Shown: positions 25,495-39,419, numbered from the whole stretch's first letter. The stretch: 63,697 nucleotides of DNA, filler included, from Neolecta irregularis DAH-3 (GCA_001929475.1; 10 parts of 10 records of this genome joined end to end with filler, not necessarily neighbours in it), one strand, 5' to 3'. Notes: a model not told the origin generated them from the sequence alone. Made by a program: numbers and translations.

Positions 25495-28400
25495 GCCGCC
25501 TCTTACCGCTCCCGCCGCTCCACCAAAAGCACCGCCCCTTCGCCCCCATCGCCCACCGACCCTGTCCACCTCCTGCGTCTGATGCGCGAGCTCAAGGGCC
25601 GCAAGGACGGCTGGCTCGACTGGAAGAAGGCCGACGACTGGCGACGGTACCGGCGTTGCAGCTCTGCGCTAACCCCCCCCGCAGCGGCTTCTGCTCCATC
25701 GACCAGCTCGAGGCCTCGCTCGCAGTCCGCAGGGCGCCCGACGGCCACCTGGTCGACACGCTCGCGCCCGACCTGCGCACCTGCCAGGTCCGCACGCTCG
25801 ATCTCGGCAAGAAGGGCGTCGCTATCGAGATCGCCCTCCCCGGCAGCCCGGGCACGCCCCAGAGCCTGGTCATGATCCGGCCAAAGCCCGGAAAGGACTT
25901 CCAGGAGTGGCTCGCCGCCCTGCTGTGCTGGCAGCCCGTAAAGATCCTGCCCCAGCACTCGCGCCTGTTGGCCTCGCCCGCCACCATCTCGTACCCGGCC
26001 GTGTTGTCGCTGCTAATCGCAGCAGCATCGCATCCGCGTCGCCCATATCGGTGGCAGACTCCTGGACAGACTCTAATCCCGCAATCATAAAGGTCGGCCG
26101 CATGAATCTGTGGGACCACAATGCCAAAACCACCCGCACCTCCAAGCACAATCCGTCCTGGAAACGCGTCTCGTGCATCCTCAAAGACAACGGCGATGTC
26201 TTCATCTACGCGGAAGCGGTACGCACCCCCCGCCGCTCTTGCTGACCCCAGGACGCCTCCCTCGTCCACCACATCCACCTCACCCACTGCACCCGCACCG
26301 ACATCCAGCTGCTCGATCCCTCCCTCCTCCTCCACACATTCGCCTTTGCCATCTACCCCTCCGTCGCCTCCCCCGAAGACAAGCCCCAACTCCCCATATA
26401 CCTCTCCGTCGACAACAGACCCCTCCTCGAAGTTTGGTTTGTCCTCTTGCGCTGCTACACCACCCCTGAACTCTACGGCCCCCCAAATGGCGACTGGGTC
26501 GACGGCTTTAGAATCTCACGCACCCTCTACTTTCGCATCGTCGACGGCCGCCATATCGGCAAAAACACCTGGTCCGTCGAAAACGAAGAACGCGCCATAG
26601 ACTCGTACTGCGAGGTGCTCCTAGACGGCGGCGTCCGCTCGCGCACCTGCGTGAAAAAGGGAACCTCAAAACCATTTTGGAGAGAAGACTATTTATTCAG
26701 TGATCTGCCTCCTTTACATTCCAATTTGCTCGTCGTTATTCGAAGTTGTAATAAACGCGGAAAAGATGTCGCTATTGGACAGGTTGACTTGAATCTCTCA
26801 GAACTGAAGAGAGATGAAACGTTTGAAGGTTGGCACCCTGTTCGTTATCATAGAGAGGGCGTCCAAGAACACGCAGGTGACCTGTGTTTAAAAATCAGGA
26901 TCGAGGAACAAGCCGTTTTAATGAGTTCAGAGTACGAACCTTTAAGAGAAGTATCTTTACCCTTTGTAACAAATTCTTATAATCTAGATGCTTCAAAATT
27001 TTGAGCAACACCTAACTCCCAGCCTTCCTAAAATAATCACCGATCTAGAACGACTCGCAGATATCCTCTTGCGAATCTACCAAGCTTCAAATATAGCCAT
27101 TGATTGGCTAATGTATCTTGCCGAAGTCGAAATCCTCGGCCTCGAACGCAACGATCGGCCAATTCTCAATTCTCTTATCGTCGAACCTTCAGTTTCCAAT
27201 GAAAAGGCTACTAAAGCAGCTCAAATGGACGCAAATATCCTCTTTCGAGGAAATTCCTTGTTGACAAAAGCTGTTGATAGTCACATGAAACGCGCTGGAG
27301 CAGACTATCTAGAAGAAACCCTCGGTGACATTCTACGCTCTATCGCCGAAGAAAACGTTATTTGCGAAGTCGATCCAATGAGACTCTGCATCCCCGAGGA
27401 CTTGAAACAGAATTGGCGCATCTTGATGGCCCTCACTAGACAAGTATGGCAAGCGATTAAAGATTCAGTTCAGCGCTGTCCAGTGGAACTACGCAAGATT
27501 TTTGGACATATCAGGGCCCAAGTAGAAGAACGCTATGGAGCGATGTTGTTGACTGTTCGATATACCTCTGTCTCTGGGTTTTTATTTCTTCGATTCTTTT
27601 GTCCCGCTGTGTTGAATCCAAAATTATTCGGATTAATGAGAGGTATTTCCCCCTGTTTACTGCTGCTAAATTCCAGAACATCCAGATAGTAGAGCCCAGC
27701 GAACTCTTACCCTCGTTGCCAAAAGTCTGCAAGGATTAGCCAATATGTCTCGCTTCGGCGTCAAGGAACCGTGGATGGCCCCCATGAACGAATTCCTCGA
27801 TGAGAGTATGCGGGATTTCAGAAAATTCATAGATGGAGTGTGCACACCTCCCACCGTGCTCTTTGTCACCAATCCTGCTCAACCAATTTATCTGGCACCC
27901 GCTCAAATTAAAGCTAGACTACCACAGCCTTCACGAGAGGGAATTCCGACACTTCCTTATCTAATTGACCAACCTCGCGATTGCGCTGCTTTAGTCTCCT
28001 TTTGGCTTAAATGGTACACCGAACAATCCATGACTTCGAAACCCAAACTAGACGGTCCCCTTTTGAAATTTCATCGTTTATGCTGTAATCTTGATAAGCG
28101 GACACGCGCATTAGTCGAAAGCGCGGAAACAGCAGCGGAAAAATCAAGTGTCGGGTCATTCCCTGCATACCCTCCAACTAGTCTTCCCTGGGACAATCAA
28201 CAACAGCCAAAAAATCATGATCCAGGTTCATTACCCCCGCCAAGTCTATCTAGTCGTCCAGGAACAGCAGATACAACATTAACAAATCCGCCATCGACCG
28301 AAAAACCACCAATCGAAGACCCGGTTGAATCAATACCATTGACAGTACAATCTACTTCTTCCTCTTGTTCGACTACAGCCCCACTTCCTGCTATCCTTCC

Positions 28401-28497
28401 GCCCTCAACCTCCACCGTTGTCAAAAAATCAAAACCGGGTTCAAGTCTTAGTCACGTATTGGGTGGCTTTCGTCTAACGAAAAGTAAACATACCTAG
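25495..28497 (+). CDS. BUD2: Bud2-like Ras GTPase-activating protein (PH-like, C2 and RasGAP domains; 5' end in a gap)
   Basis: C2 domain (SYCEVLLDG..KPFWREDY), RasGAP motifs LFRGNSLLTK and SVSGFLFLRFFCPAVLNPKLFG, FGVKEPWMAPMNEF. Confidence 0.82.
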
Positions 28498-29572
28498 CTC
28501 TCACACCACCACCATATCTTCCTTCCATCTTCCATCTTCCATCTTCCACGGTCCTAATTCCTTTCGCTCCCTCATCTCTTTGACTGTCCATTCTTGTACA
28601 GCAATTCTTTTTACCGAATGTCACTTTTGCTTGCCTATTTGTTTGTTTCTTTGTCTGTTCGTTAAGGAAGGGCGCAAGGAAGAGGGAAGGAAAGGGAGGA
28701 GTCCGTACGTACGTATGTGGAGGGATTTTATTACCCGTTCTTTCATCATCGGTCCTATATAGTTTTTCTATATTTACCTAAATTAACTATATAAGTTATA
28801 CCATCTATATTTATCTTGATACCCTTAGGTTATACGCCTGGATTGTATATTTTATTATTGTACGTTGTTCCAGGATGGAATTTGTCAGGTTACTCGTTTC
28901 ATTCAGTCTTTGTAAGATCGGATTTAACATAATTTGTGATAAAGAGTCAAGGGACGGCCGTATATATTGAGACGGTATGGTGAGGAGCATTGCACTACTG
29001 TGTGAGCGTTGGGTGTCCAGACTGACACTCAAGAGACTTGGGTGGGAGTTGAATACCGCGATCCTTTGGATAAAGGCAACTACATATATTGTACTCAGTC
29101 TAGCTTGCCCATCAAGCTTATAGAAGAATGTCGCCTCCTTATCTCGGTTGGCTTCCCTCATCATCTGTCTCGGGTGGCGATGCTTGTGATGGTCCTGTGA
29201 ACCCTAAACCGTTGAGGGAACCTTGGAGGCTTGGGATGGGTGATTCCGCTCCCTCTTGACCGTGGGTATGATTGAGTCCCCACACGCTCTCATGCACTGC
29301 TCGCAGAATAATCAATATATCGTTTTGTATGAATCAACCAGTTTTCACAAGTCTATTGCGAATTCATCGTTATCAGCAAGACAATTCAGTATTTCTGTAC
29401 AAAGCTCTAGCTCATTGTCTCGATAAAATATTTAGCTAGTTCACCAATTGGACATCAAGTCAGATAGGAATGCCGATCGACAAATAATATTTACTGTTCA
29501 GGTGAATGCAAATACGAATATAGCAAGGAATGTAATAGTATAGCATTCATAAATTGCGGTCAAAGTCTAAAA

Positions 29573-30900
29573 CTATTGAAACATCTTTGAATAAGCAGCC
29601 TTTTGCTTTTTCAAGAGATCTGCTTTGCGCTTATTCACTGCTGCAATCTCCTTTTGAACTATAGGATCGTCTGGAGTGAGTCTTAGACATTCATTGAAAG
29701 CTAATAATGCCTGTTCATCTTCCTAATCCCATTTCAGTACTGAATCTCTCAGAGGAAGGATTACCCATAGTTTAGTCAATGCTAGACCTCTTCGGTAATG
29801 TAATTTTGATTTATCCAGGTCATTTAATCCTTCAACAGCTAGCCCTGAACTAGCATACGTTTCCCCTTCTTTATACAAATTCGCTTTAATCGCCATCAAC
29901 GCCGAGTTTGCGTAGAGACTAAATTTTAAACTGCACAGCTGGCGCCATGTCTCCTCGTCAATCGAATCGTCTTTCAAGGGATGTTCGTTAAGATATCGCA
30001 GTCCCTTGGAATAAATATCCAACGCACTTTCAAAATTTCCGTTTTTAAAGTGAGTTGTTCCCCGGTCTTTCAAATCTTGGGCGATTTTGATAATGGCTTG
30101 CGGAGATTTATCACCAGTGTAATCTTCAGGGTAATCTTCGTATATGTCATTATCATCTTCAATGATATCTTGATCGGAGAATTGGCCGCTGTTGGTTATT
30201 GTTACCTTTTGAGAGGGTTTGTCTTGAGAACTCGTTTCGAGATTTTCAATACGACGGACAAGGGATTTGCCTTTCAGGACTTTACCAAAGATGACGTGTT
30301 TCTCATCAAGATGAGGAGTCTAGTCTGGTTACATTACAGTCTCTACAAGACTTACCTTTGCTGTTGTAATAAAGAATTGAGAACCATTTGTTGCTGGGCC
30401 TGGTCCCGTCAATCAGCAACAGGAAAAAGACAGATACCGGCATTGGCCATGCTGAGAAGGAATGGTTCATCATGCTTCAATTCAAAATTTTCATCCTCGA
30501 ATTTCTCGCCATAAATGCTCTCTCCACCTGTTCCATTTCCTGCAGTAAAATCTCCTCCTTGAATCATAAAACTCTAGAGCCAATCAACACTGTATCGCTG
30601 CAATCAGTGTGTATACCTTGATGACACGATGAAACACGCTTCCTTTATACCATAATGGTTTTCCAGCCTTACCGCTATTAATCCATTACCATGGTAATGA
30701 CATACCTTTCCGATCCCATTTTCTCCCGTACACAATGCTCGGAAATTCTCGGCAGTTTTGGGAACAATATCGCTAAACTAACATTTGGAAATTAATAAAC
30801 CTGCTGAGAAATGAAATACCAATTCCATGGTAACTCTGCCGCGGGCTCGGTCTTCAATGGCAATATCAAAGTACACAATTGGTCTTTTGACAGCGGACAT
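29573..30900 (-). CDS. CPR6: Cyclophilin-40 (PPIase plus TPR; multi-exon)
   Basis: [58 protein letters not shown], then TPR region [13 protein letters not shown]. Confidence 0.92.
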
Positions 30901-31219
30901 GGTGGAGCGTGGGTTTCAGTGTGCAGAGTGGCTTAGAATTTATAGGTTATTCAATTGGACAAAGAATTTCTTTAAAGTTCTTTGATGACGTCCACCCCAC
31001 CCGTCAACCGCACTCATCAGCCTTGTCTCGAGAAAGTCAATTGGAAATAAATATGTAATTTTGAGCTTTGATGACTGTTGATTGACTGCTCTGCAATTCG
31101 AATCCATCTTGAGATACATTGTCTTAGTCTCAAATAGCAATATCTGAAGCATTTCTTATCAGGACAATATCCCCGTCATTCATAGTTTATTCATTACTCG
31201 TATCATATCACAATGGATA

Positions 31220-31350
31220 AGCTCAGCGCCGATTTACCCGACACCCCCCTAAACCCGACACAATATATGGAATTCTTATTATATATTTATATTGTGTCGG
31301 GTTCAGGTTATTGTGTCGGGATTAGGGGGGTGTCGGTTCGGCGCTGAGCT
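31220..31350. mobile_element. Palindromic MITE, probably pogo/Fot1 (Tc1-mariner) derived
   Basis: Ends AGCTCAGCGCCGA..CCGACACCCCCCTAA and TTAGGGGGGTGTCGGTTCGGCGCTGAGCT; TA on the left, TG on the right; terminus resembles the transposon end near 35210. Confidence 0.7.
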
Positions 31351-32030
31351 TGGTCAACACTACTATTTCCGGTCCTGTGATCTCCGTTCTCAGAATGTCC
31401 GGTCAGCTTGTATCTAGACTCGTTCTGGAAGGTACCGTGTTATAGGTCGTCTATGTAAATTCAGGGGATTTGTTTGTCGGTATTCTATTCATGAATTCGT
31501 TACCAACCTTCCAATCCATCACATCAGGTAATTATAAAGTTCCAAATCAAGATGTCGGTCAATTTGAAATTAAAGCATTGGAAAGCCGCCAAGGCGATGA
31601 GCGACAGTATCAGGATAGCCATCACAACGAACATCGACACAGTCTGTATCGCACTCTGTCTACAAAAATATTCGCCGTCATATTAGCAGATCAGATTTTG
31701 TCCCATGACTCGCAACTTCAGCTACAAATAATCTTCAGATCGTTCTCCTTTATTTCTCTGGCAGTAGATCGCTAGCGGCCGGCTAACCTCTTGGTTAGAT
31801 GGGAACTTGATTTTAACCCCTGGTTACAGTGGGATCAGGCAAATTTTGGGATAAATCACGCGGCCAATTTTAACCAGTCTACCGTTACAGCGGATGCAAT
31901 GGAGTCTTTTGAAATATCACACATCCAATGCTTGTCAAATAGGATCAGCGCCAAAAATATTTGGGCAAATCTTCTCCAGGAGGACATATCAAACATCTGA
32001 GCTGCACAAGACCGTCTTCATGTATTGACG

Positions 32031-34778
32031 ATGATGTTTCTTCAGGTTATAAATCTGTCGCTTCTGAGTCTCGTTAGTTCTACAACACATGTCCATCATC
32101 AACGCGAATTGTATGAACAATCTACCAAATTTATTCTTTCTGATAAGTGAAGACCAGTCTATCGAGACCCTTCGAAATCCATCGACCAAAGAGTTGAAGA
32201 TCTTTTATCTCGAATGACAGACCAGGAAAAGTTATCTCAGCTCATGCAAGGTATGTGCAATTCTCCAACTTTACGCCTGATATCGTTTTAGGGGATCAAA
32301 TCAATTGGTACAATGATACATCAGGGGCCTTCAATAAAACTGGCTTGATCGACAGTATGAACAGCAAAGGCGGATCTTTCTATGGTAATCATCTGGACAA
32401 TCTGCTGTCCGCTTATTGATTCAGTTGGCGAATATCTTAAAACCATCGACATGTACGCCGAAGCTATCAATTACGGGCAACAGTATCTCATTCAGGATAC
32501 TCGGCTTAGTATTCCAGCGTTCGTGCAGTCAGAAGGCACGAAATAGATTCTCAAAATAGTATTGACGGGTTAGGACTCCATGGTCTTGTGATGACCAATG
32601 CGACTATCTTTACCTCCCCAATCGGTCTAGGCGCGACTTTCAATCCTCAGCTTATCGAAAAGATGGCAGAGGCAATTGCAGAAGAAGCGGCTGTCGTGGG
32701 AATAAACAATCTCTTTTCGCCAAACGTTGATCTGGCTCGAGAACTGCGGTTTGGGCGGACAGAAGAAACGTTCGGAGAAGACCCATATCTGACTGGAGAA
32801 ATGGTATGTCTCTATTTGACATGAATGCCTACCAATAGGCTTATGCTTATGTTGTTGGCTTACAAAGGTCACGCAAGGTAGCTGCTATGCCAAAACATTT
32901 TGCAGCTTTTTCTTCACCTCAAGGAGGATTGAATCTGGCACCTGTCCCAGGCGGTGAGCGCGAATTACGAACGTGTGTAATGAATTAAAATTCGTGCAAT
33001 CTGACATCCTCAGAATATATCTACCACCTTTTAAAAGAGCGATCATGGACGCCGAAGCTACCATGATTATGAGTGCGTATTCATCGTGTGTTGCATTACT
33101 CTCCACATGCTGAATGTTTAGATACGACGGCATCCCATCTATTGCGAATCACCATCTACTGACAGAAATCTTACGCAATGAATGGGGCTATAAATACGCC
33201 GTGATGTGCGATTCAGGCGCGACTGATCTTCTGAGTTCGCAACATGGGCTCTGCGCCACTGGCGACGAGGATTGTATCGCGACTATATCGTTGAATTCTG
33301 GAGTCGATATCGTGAGTAGATGCTTTCTTAATGATCTCAAAGTGATAGGAAATGGGCGGGGGAAGTTTCAACTACAAACAAATTCCTCGACTCGTATCTG
33401 AAGGCAAACTCGAACAGAAAGCATTCGATGATGCAGTCCGGCGAATTCTAAGCGCAAAATTTAAATTGGGTCTCTTTGATACAAATCATAAAAATACCTC
33501 TTTTAGTAACTCGACGGGCAACTATTTCAAAGTTATCAATACACAAATGAAGAAAGATCTTGCCAAAGCCATTGATAGTGAGGCCATGATATTACTTGAA
33601 AATAATGGTGTTCTCCCTCTCGACAGTTCATCTTTAAAATCAATCGCTCTTATTGGACCGTTTGCTAATGCCAACAATTATGGCGACTACGTTGTACAAG
33701 GTTCGAAGTATCGAGGGATAACTCCCCTGGATGGAATCCAAAACCTCATAAAAACAAAATTTCCTAACATTGAAGTCAAATACACGGAAGGCTGTAAGCA
33801 ATGGAGTAACGATCAATCGGGCTTTGCAGCTGCCGAGCAGTTGGCACAGGAAGCCGACGTAGCGATTGTCTTTGTAGGTACATGGAGTCGTGATCAATCG
33901 GAGCTATGGGCTGGTTTGAATGCAACTACCGGGGAACACGTTGATCAATCGAGTCTGGATCTTGTTGGCGCCCAGGCTGACTTGGTTCGAGCGGTTTCTG
34001 CAAAAGCCAAAAAGCTTGTTACGGTTTTGACATCTGGTACTGCGATCACAGAGCCTTGGATCACAAATGTGACACACGCACTTCTGCAAACTTTTTATCC
34101 TGGAGAGCAAGGTGGAGCTGCTTTGGCTGATATCTTATTTGGGCTCACCAATCCTAGCGGTCAGTAGAACGCTCATCAATTTTGGGCTAATCTTTGATAG
34201 GAAAACTCCCCATCTCTCTGCCTCGTTCAGTTGGCACTACGCCTGCATTCTATAATTACCTCAAAGGAGCACGGCCTATCTTTCCTGGCTTCATTCAAAC
34301 AGACGGGGCTTTAAATTTTGGTCACCAATATGTTCTTAACAGCCCGGTACCGTGGTATCCATTTGGTCACGGCTTGTCCTACAGCAATTTCACTATAAAG
34401 GATGCTGTACTTTCTGCGACAAATGTTCCGAGGAACGGGAAGGTAGAAATATCGGTTACTGTTCAGAATAATGGCATCTACGAAGGAAAAGAAGTAATCC
34501 AGGCTTATGTCATCGATGTTGTTAGTTCAGTAGTTACGTCTGAGCGATCTCTTCGTGCTTTCAACAAGGTACCATAATGCCGATTCCTCCAGTCATTAAC
34601 GCACCAGGTGTCGTTGAAACCTAAAGAATCGACGAGTGTCCAGTTAACAATTGATGTGAGTGAGCTTGCTGTCTGGTCTATCAAGAACGAGTTTATTATC
34701 GAACCAGGCCAGTTCCAGATCTTAGTAGGAACATCGAGCGCGCAAATATTTACCAACAGTACTTTCTATGTAATCTAA
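32031..34778 (+). CDS. Secreted glycoside hydrolase family 3 beta-glucosidase/xylosidase (multi-exon)
   Basis: Signal peptide, YRDPSKSIDQRVEDLLSRMT, ARELRFGRTEETFGEDPYL, KHFA, ILRNEWGYKYAVMCD (nucleophile), YPGEQGG, YPFGHGLSY, Fn3-like tail. Confidence 0.92.
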
Positions 34779-34839
34779 CTTATTTAATTTTGTAATTTCT
34801 CTACTTTATTATGCATGCAGATCGATTTTTATTCACTAC

Positions 34840-35209
34840 CAGCCCTAATGCTCAACAAGCTCAGCAAGAATCAGTTATTGAAGAGCAGAAATCGATTATA
34901 AATGAGCTCCAGGACAAGAAGGCAATGAGAAGGGTAACAATTGACCCAAATAGCCAATTTGCCAATATTGAAAATATTTAACAGGCCATTGATGAAGCAA
35001 CTCAACAAAGGGCAAAATTCGTAGCTAGAGCACCAGAATTAGAAGCTAACAAAACAGCAAAGGCATTAGAACAAGCTAGTATTGATAGCTGCATGTTTGG
35101 ATGGCAGTTAGACTTTGAATAGAACATTAGGTACACAAATATATGTGTCGCAATGTTTTTGGGTAAGGTGTAGGAACCCGGGGGGTGTCGGTTCGTACGC
35201 CGCCAAGCT
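34840..35209 (+). mobile_element. 3' remnant of a pogo/Fot1-like DNA transposon (transposase C-terminus plus right TIR)
   Basis: Reads ..KKAMRRVTIDPNSQFANIENI*..SCMFGWQLDFE*, resembling fungal Fot1-type transposase tails, with an internal stop; ends GGGGGGTGTCGGTTCG..CCAAGCT followed by TA. Confidence 0.65.
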
Positions 35210-35312
35210 TACCTTAAAGGACATAATTTGTCCACTCATCTAGATTTTAGTTCCACTTCCTTACTCCTTCAGGTCTTACTAGCCTTCCTCCGCTTTAGTA
35301 GCCATCACTTCA

Positions 35313-37485
35313 ATGAGGCTCTATTTTCTCTCTTTTCTTGCATATCTTACGGTTGCCCTTGACTGTGTTAATCGAGATACATTGGGCCCACAGAAGCGTT
35401 ATTTATTTAAGAGGAAACAACCGGAAGCACCCAATGCCGAAGAAGTTAAGCTAAAAGCTTTGGACTGGGGGTAGAAACTTGAGAGGCAAAACCTCGACTA
35501 ATGAACAAAGACAACTGAATTTCCTTCATACCACTGACACACATGGTACCATTTTATATTCGAAAACCATTAATCATAAGGCTGGTTGGAAGGGCATCTG
35601 AAAGAGAAGCACTACGGCGGAGACTGGGGAGACTTTAGCTCTTTCGTGACAATCATGAAAGAAATTGCAGCATTCAAGCAGGCAGACCTATTGTTGATTG
35701 ATACTGGCGATCTCAATGATGGTTCAGTAATGTTGCTGACTGGATTGACTCTACAGGAAATGGTATGAGCGATGCAACAGCAGTGAGCGGAGAAAGGATA
35801 CGGCCATTATATACCGCACGGCCTTGTCAAACCAAGCTTGCTAACTTGAAGGAACTTCCATTCGACATTTTAACTATCGGTAATCACGAATTGTACAGAC
35901 CGGAGATTGCGCTCGATGTATATCAAAACTTTGCACCATTTTGGGGAGATCGATACCTTACCTCCAACGTGCAGATTTATGACCCTAATACAGGGGAATT
36001 GAACTACATTGGGAAACAATATCGACATTTCCAAACGAAGATGGGTGAGTAGTCTTTACCAAGGCTCGCTCATGAAAGGCCTAAATATAATGGCTTTCGG
36101 CTTTCTCTTCGATTTTGATAGAGGCGCGAATAATACCGTGGTTATCAAAATGGAAGATTCTGTCAAAGAGCAATGGTTCCTTGACGCCCTCGCAGAAGGG
36201 AATGTGGACGTATGCTCATGTGTAGTGCGATCTAAATGACAGCTCTTTCTTCTTGCTGGTCACATACCTGTTCGAGGCTCAAGTGAATGGACCAGTGCTA
36301 TCACCGCAATCCGAGCGGTTTATCCAAATACTCCAATTCAGATTTTTGGAGGCCACTATCATGTATGTTTGTAGCCCCTAGCTCCTGCCAAACTAAGCAG
36401 ATTCGTGATTTCGTTGCTTATGATTCCCGAGCTGTAGGGCTTGCTTCAGGACGATACTGTGAAACTGTCGGTTGGATCTCTATCAACGGTTTAAACAACA
36501 CATTATCATCGGATTCGGGGACTGGTCGTCCAGCTTTGAACGAATCAACAGATGACCTGCGAATTTCTCGCAAATATCTCGACTTTAATCGGTTTACCTT
36601 CGCCTTCCATACAAATTTGGATCAATTTGATACGCGGCATGGCAAAAAGATCTCTCATGAAATTACTCAGATACGGCATGAACTTAATTTGACATCCATT
36701 TTTGGCTGTGCTCCTCAGGATTATTATCTCTCACGTACCTGTAATATTTAATCGCACTAAATCTTTAGGTGTCGCATATGAGGACAAAGGTAGCTTGATA
36801 CGTCTCATTAGCCAAGAAGCCATTCCAAGCGTTGTTGTTCGAGAAGCTCGCAGAAACAACCCAAGAATATTCCTCATGAACTCAGGACTGCTCAGGTTCG
36901 ACATTTTCAAGGGTAGTTTATTGATAACGTTTTTTATTGTGACTGCTTAGGTCTATTCACACACGATGATTCATTCATTGTAGCGCCATTCAAAAATTCA
37001 TTTCAGTTCATACCATCCGTACCTTATACTATTGCGAAGGTCCTTTTTTTCTTGAAGTTCATCATCTCACTCAACAGGGCGTCCTTTCAGCTCTTAATGC
37101 TGGAAAGGTGGCGAAACGTCGAGAACCGGAAATAGGTTCTCTAGGGAACCACGGAAATCATCGGCCAATCAGTCAGCTTTACGATATTTCTCCTGGGTAT
37201 GTTACATACGATGATTTTGGCACCGACGGGGATGATACAAAGCATCCAGAACTGCCCAATTACCACGTTCCGAACTATCTTCAAGGTAATGCAAGTTTTT
37301 CTGTGAGCGAAGAACCCGACTCTGTGGATGTTATCTTTATCGATTTTATAGCCAGGTATGTTTTAGATGCTTTGAAAAGATCAGGCAAAGAATACTCACT
37401 GGGTGATATACAAGATTATCTTCCAGAAGAATTTTATTCAAGGAATGTTCTCCCAAAATATGCGCAAGAAAATTGGCCGTGCTGA
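35313..37485 (+). CDS. Secreted or vacuolar calcineurin-like metallophosphoesterase / 5'-nucleotidase (YHR202W-like; multi-exon)
   Basis: Signal peptide, [43 protein letters not shown]. Confidence 0.88.
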
Positions 37486-37632
37486 TCGATTTTCAATTGG
37501 GATAATGTAATGCATTATATGAAAGGACTCCAATAGCAAAGACCCCTTCATATTTACAGGTTGCCAACCCTGCGTTGGGAATAAGAGATTTTGTTTTTTA
37601 CAGGATAATCTGGTCGTTCATTTTTTTAATAA

Positions 37633-37933
37633 GGCTGCGTTTGGTTGGCGCTAAATTTCATAAAATGTGGCTTTTAACAAATTGGAATTTCAGGCGCGCA
37701 TTTGGTGCGCTCCACATTTATATGTCCAAATCTCACTGCTCGGACTGATTCAAGTGGAGGACAATGTTTCAAGCTAGGCGACATCTCCATGACCGAAAGG
37801 ACTTCCTTTGAAAGTAGTCAGTGATCTATGACCCCCTCTAGTCCTGGTACTTTGTGGCGCGCACCAAACGCGCGCCTGAAATTCCAATTTAAAAGCCACA
37901 TTCTATGAAATTTAGCGCGAACCAAACGCACCC
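37633..37933. mobile_element. PIF/Harbinger (Tourist-like) MITE, 301 bp
   Basis: TIRs of about 85 bp (GGCTGCGTTTGGTT.. and ..AACCAAACGCACCC) flanked by a TAA target-site duplication at 37630-37632 and 37934-37936. Confidence 0.88.
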
Positions 37934-38391
37934 TAAAATTATATTTGATTCAACGATTCAAGTTATTTTGGATTGATTAGATGAATTCTGCCATATTTAC
38001 GGCGAGAAATGGGATTATAGCTCTCCTGTATCCAATCTGAGCCCTACCGCTAACCTATTAGACGACCTTTTCAGTCCTCGTCATATGGCACACAGAGCCT
38101 TTGTAATATACTTGAACGAGGTCAAGACCGGCCGTTAGAGTGATATTCTTTCCTTCATATTGCATTCAATTTCATTGATGTTGTTCAATGTGTACGATTC
38201 TCCAACAATGTCCTATGTCCACCTCATCCCCTCAATCTACTCTCAGCATTGTTATTGTATATGAAATAACGCAGACAAGTATCATTATGACTCTATTCAT
38301 TTACTTTTTCGGAGTATATCTGAGCTGGCACTCATTAATAGCTTCAGTAAATGTACAATATGATTTGACTTATACTCCAAGTCCTCTTGAC

Positions 38392-39419
38392 TCACAGTCG
38401 CGCCCCAACTACTGTACCTCCATCAAGCGTAATCAGCGCTCCTGAGTCGTCAGTCCTAATTGCACACGGATGAAGCACCATTGACATAGGCTCCAGCTCG
38501 ACTCGCTAGGAAGATCGCTGTTCCTGCCACATCTTCTGGAGATCCAATACGCCCAAGAGGAGAAGCTGCGACAATAGCGTCCGAAAACTTTTCCAGAGTA
38601 GCTTTCTACAGCGTCAATTCGTCGTGGTTCGGCTATATGCTTGCCATCATTTTCGACTGGAATGGTCCGCATGCAATCGTGTTACTCGTGATGTTACGCT
38701 GTCCAAGATGAAAAGCCAGGTTTCGCGAAAGATGATGTAATCCCGCCTTGTGCTATTAGAATTTCTATTCAAGAAATGGGGTAAAAAAGATACCTTAGAA
38801 GCAGAGTAAGCGAATATGTGCATTCCCGAAGTTCGAATCCCATCAATGCTTCCGATATGTATGATTCGAGCAGGATCGTTCTTGCTCGCTGCACACTCAA
38901 GGAGTGGCGTTAGCATTTGAGTGAGAGTGAAAACTCTTTTGAGGTTTAATGTGAGTACCTAAATACGTTGAAGCAAATTTGATATGACGAAATACCTTAT
39001 CCCATGCAGCGTCGGGATATGTGTCGTAATCTTCACCCCAAGTAACACCTGAATTATTGATCAAAACATGTAGCTCTATTCGATAAATTCCATTGTGCCA
39101 AGCGTCAACATACTATTCTCTCTCTTCTCGATTTCACTCTTCAATCGTTCACATTCCTCATATTTCGATAAATCTGCCGGGATAGCGATAACTTGCCCTT
39201 GATTCAACGCGTTAAGCTCAGTAGCAGCTTTTTCAAGGTCTATGGCATTCCGGGAGGATATGTAGACTTTTGCCTTGCTCATTACAAAGCCATGGGCCAT
39301 CATCTTGCCAATTCCTCGGGACCCGCCCTGCTGTGTTAGATTATATAATCCGGTAGTTAGGCGCATACAGTGATTAAGACAATTTTCCCTTCGACTGAAA
39401 ACAAGGACTGTGGATCCAT
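38392..39419 (-). CDS. Short-chain dehydrogenase/reductase (RhlG-like; multi-exon)
   Basis: LFSVEGKIVLIT|GGSRGIG, NNSGVTWG, AYSASK (YxxxK), ITLDGG; C-terminal ARL could be a PTS1. Confidence 0.88.

Noticed and set aside
29009-29200. WVGVEYRDPLDKGN resembling a CAP-Gly motif
   Set aside because: An isolated short match with no GKNDG core or supporting exons; probably chance.
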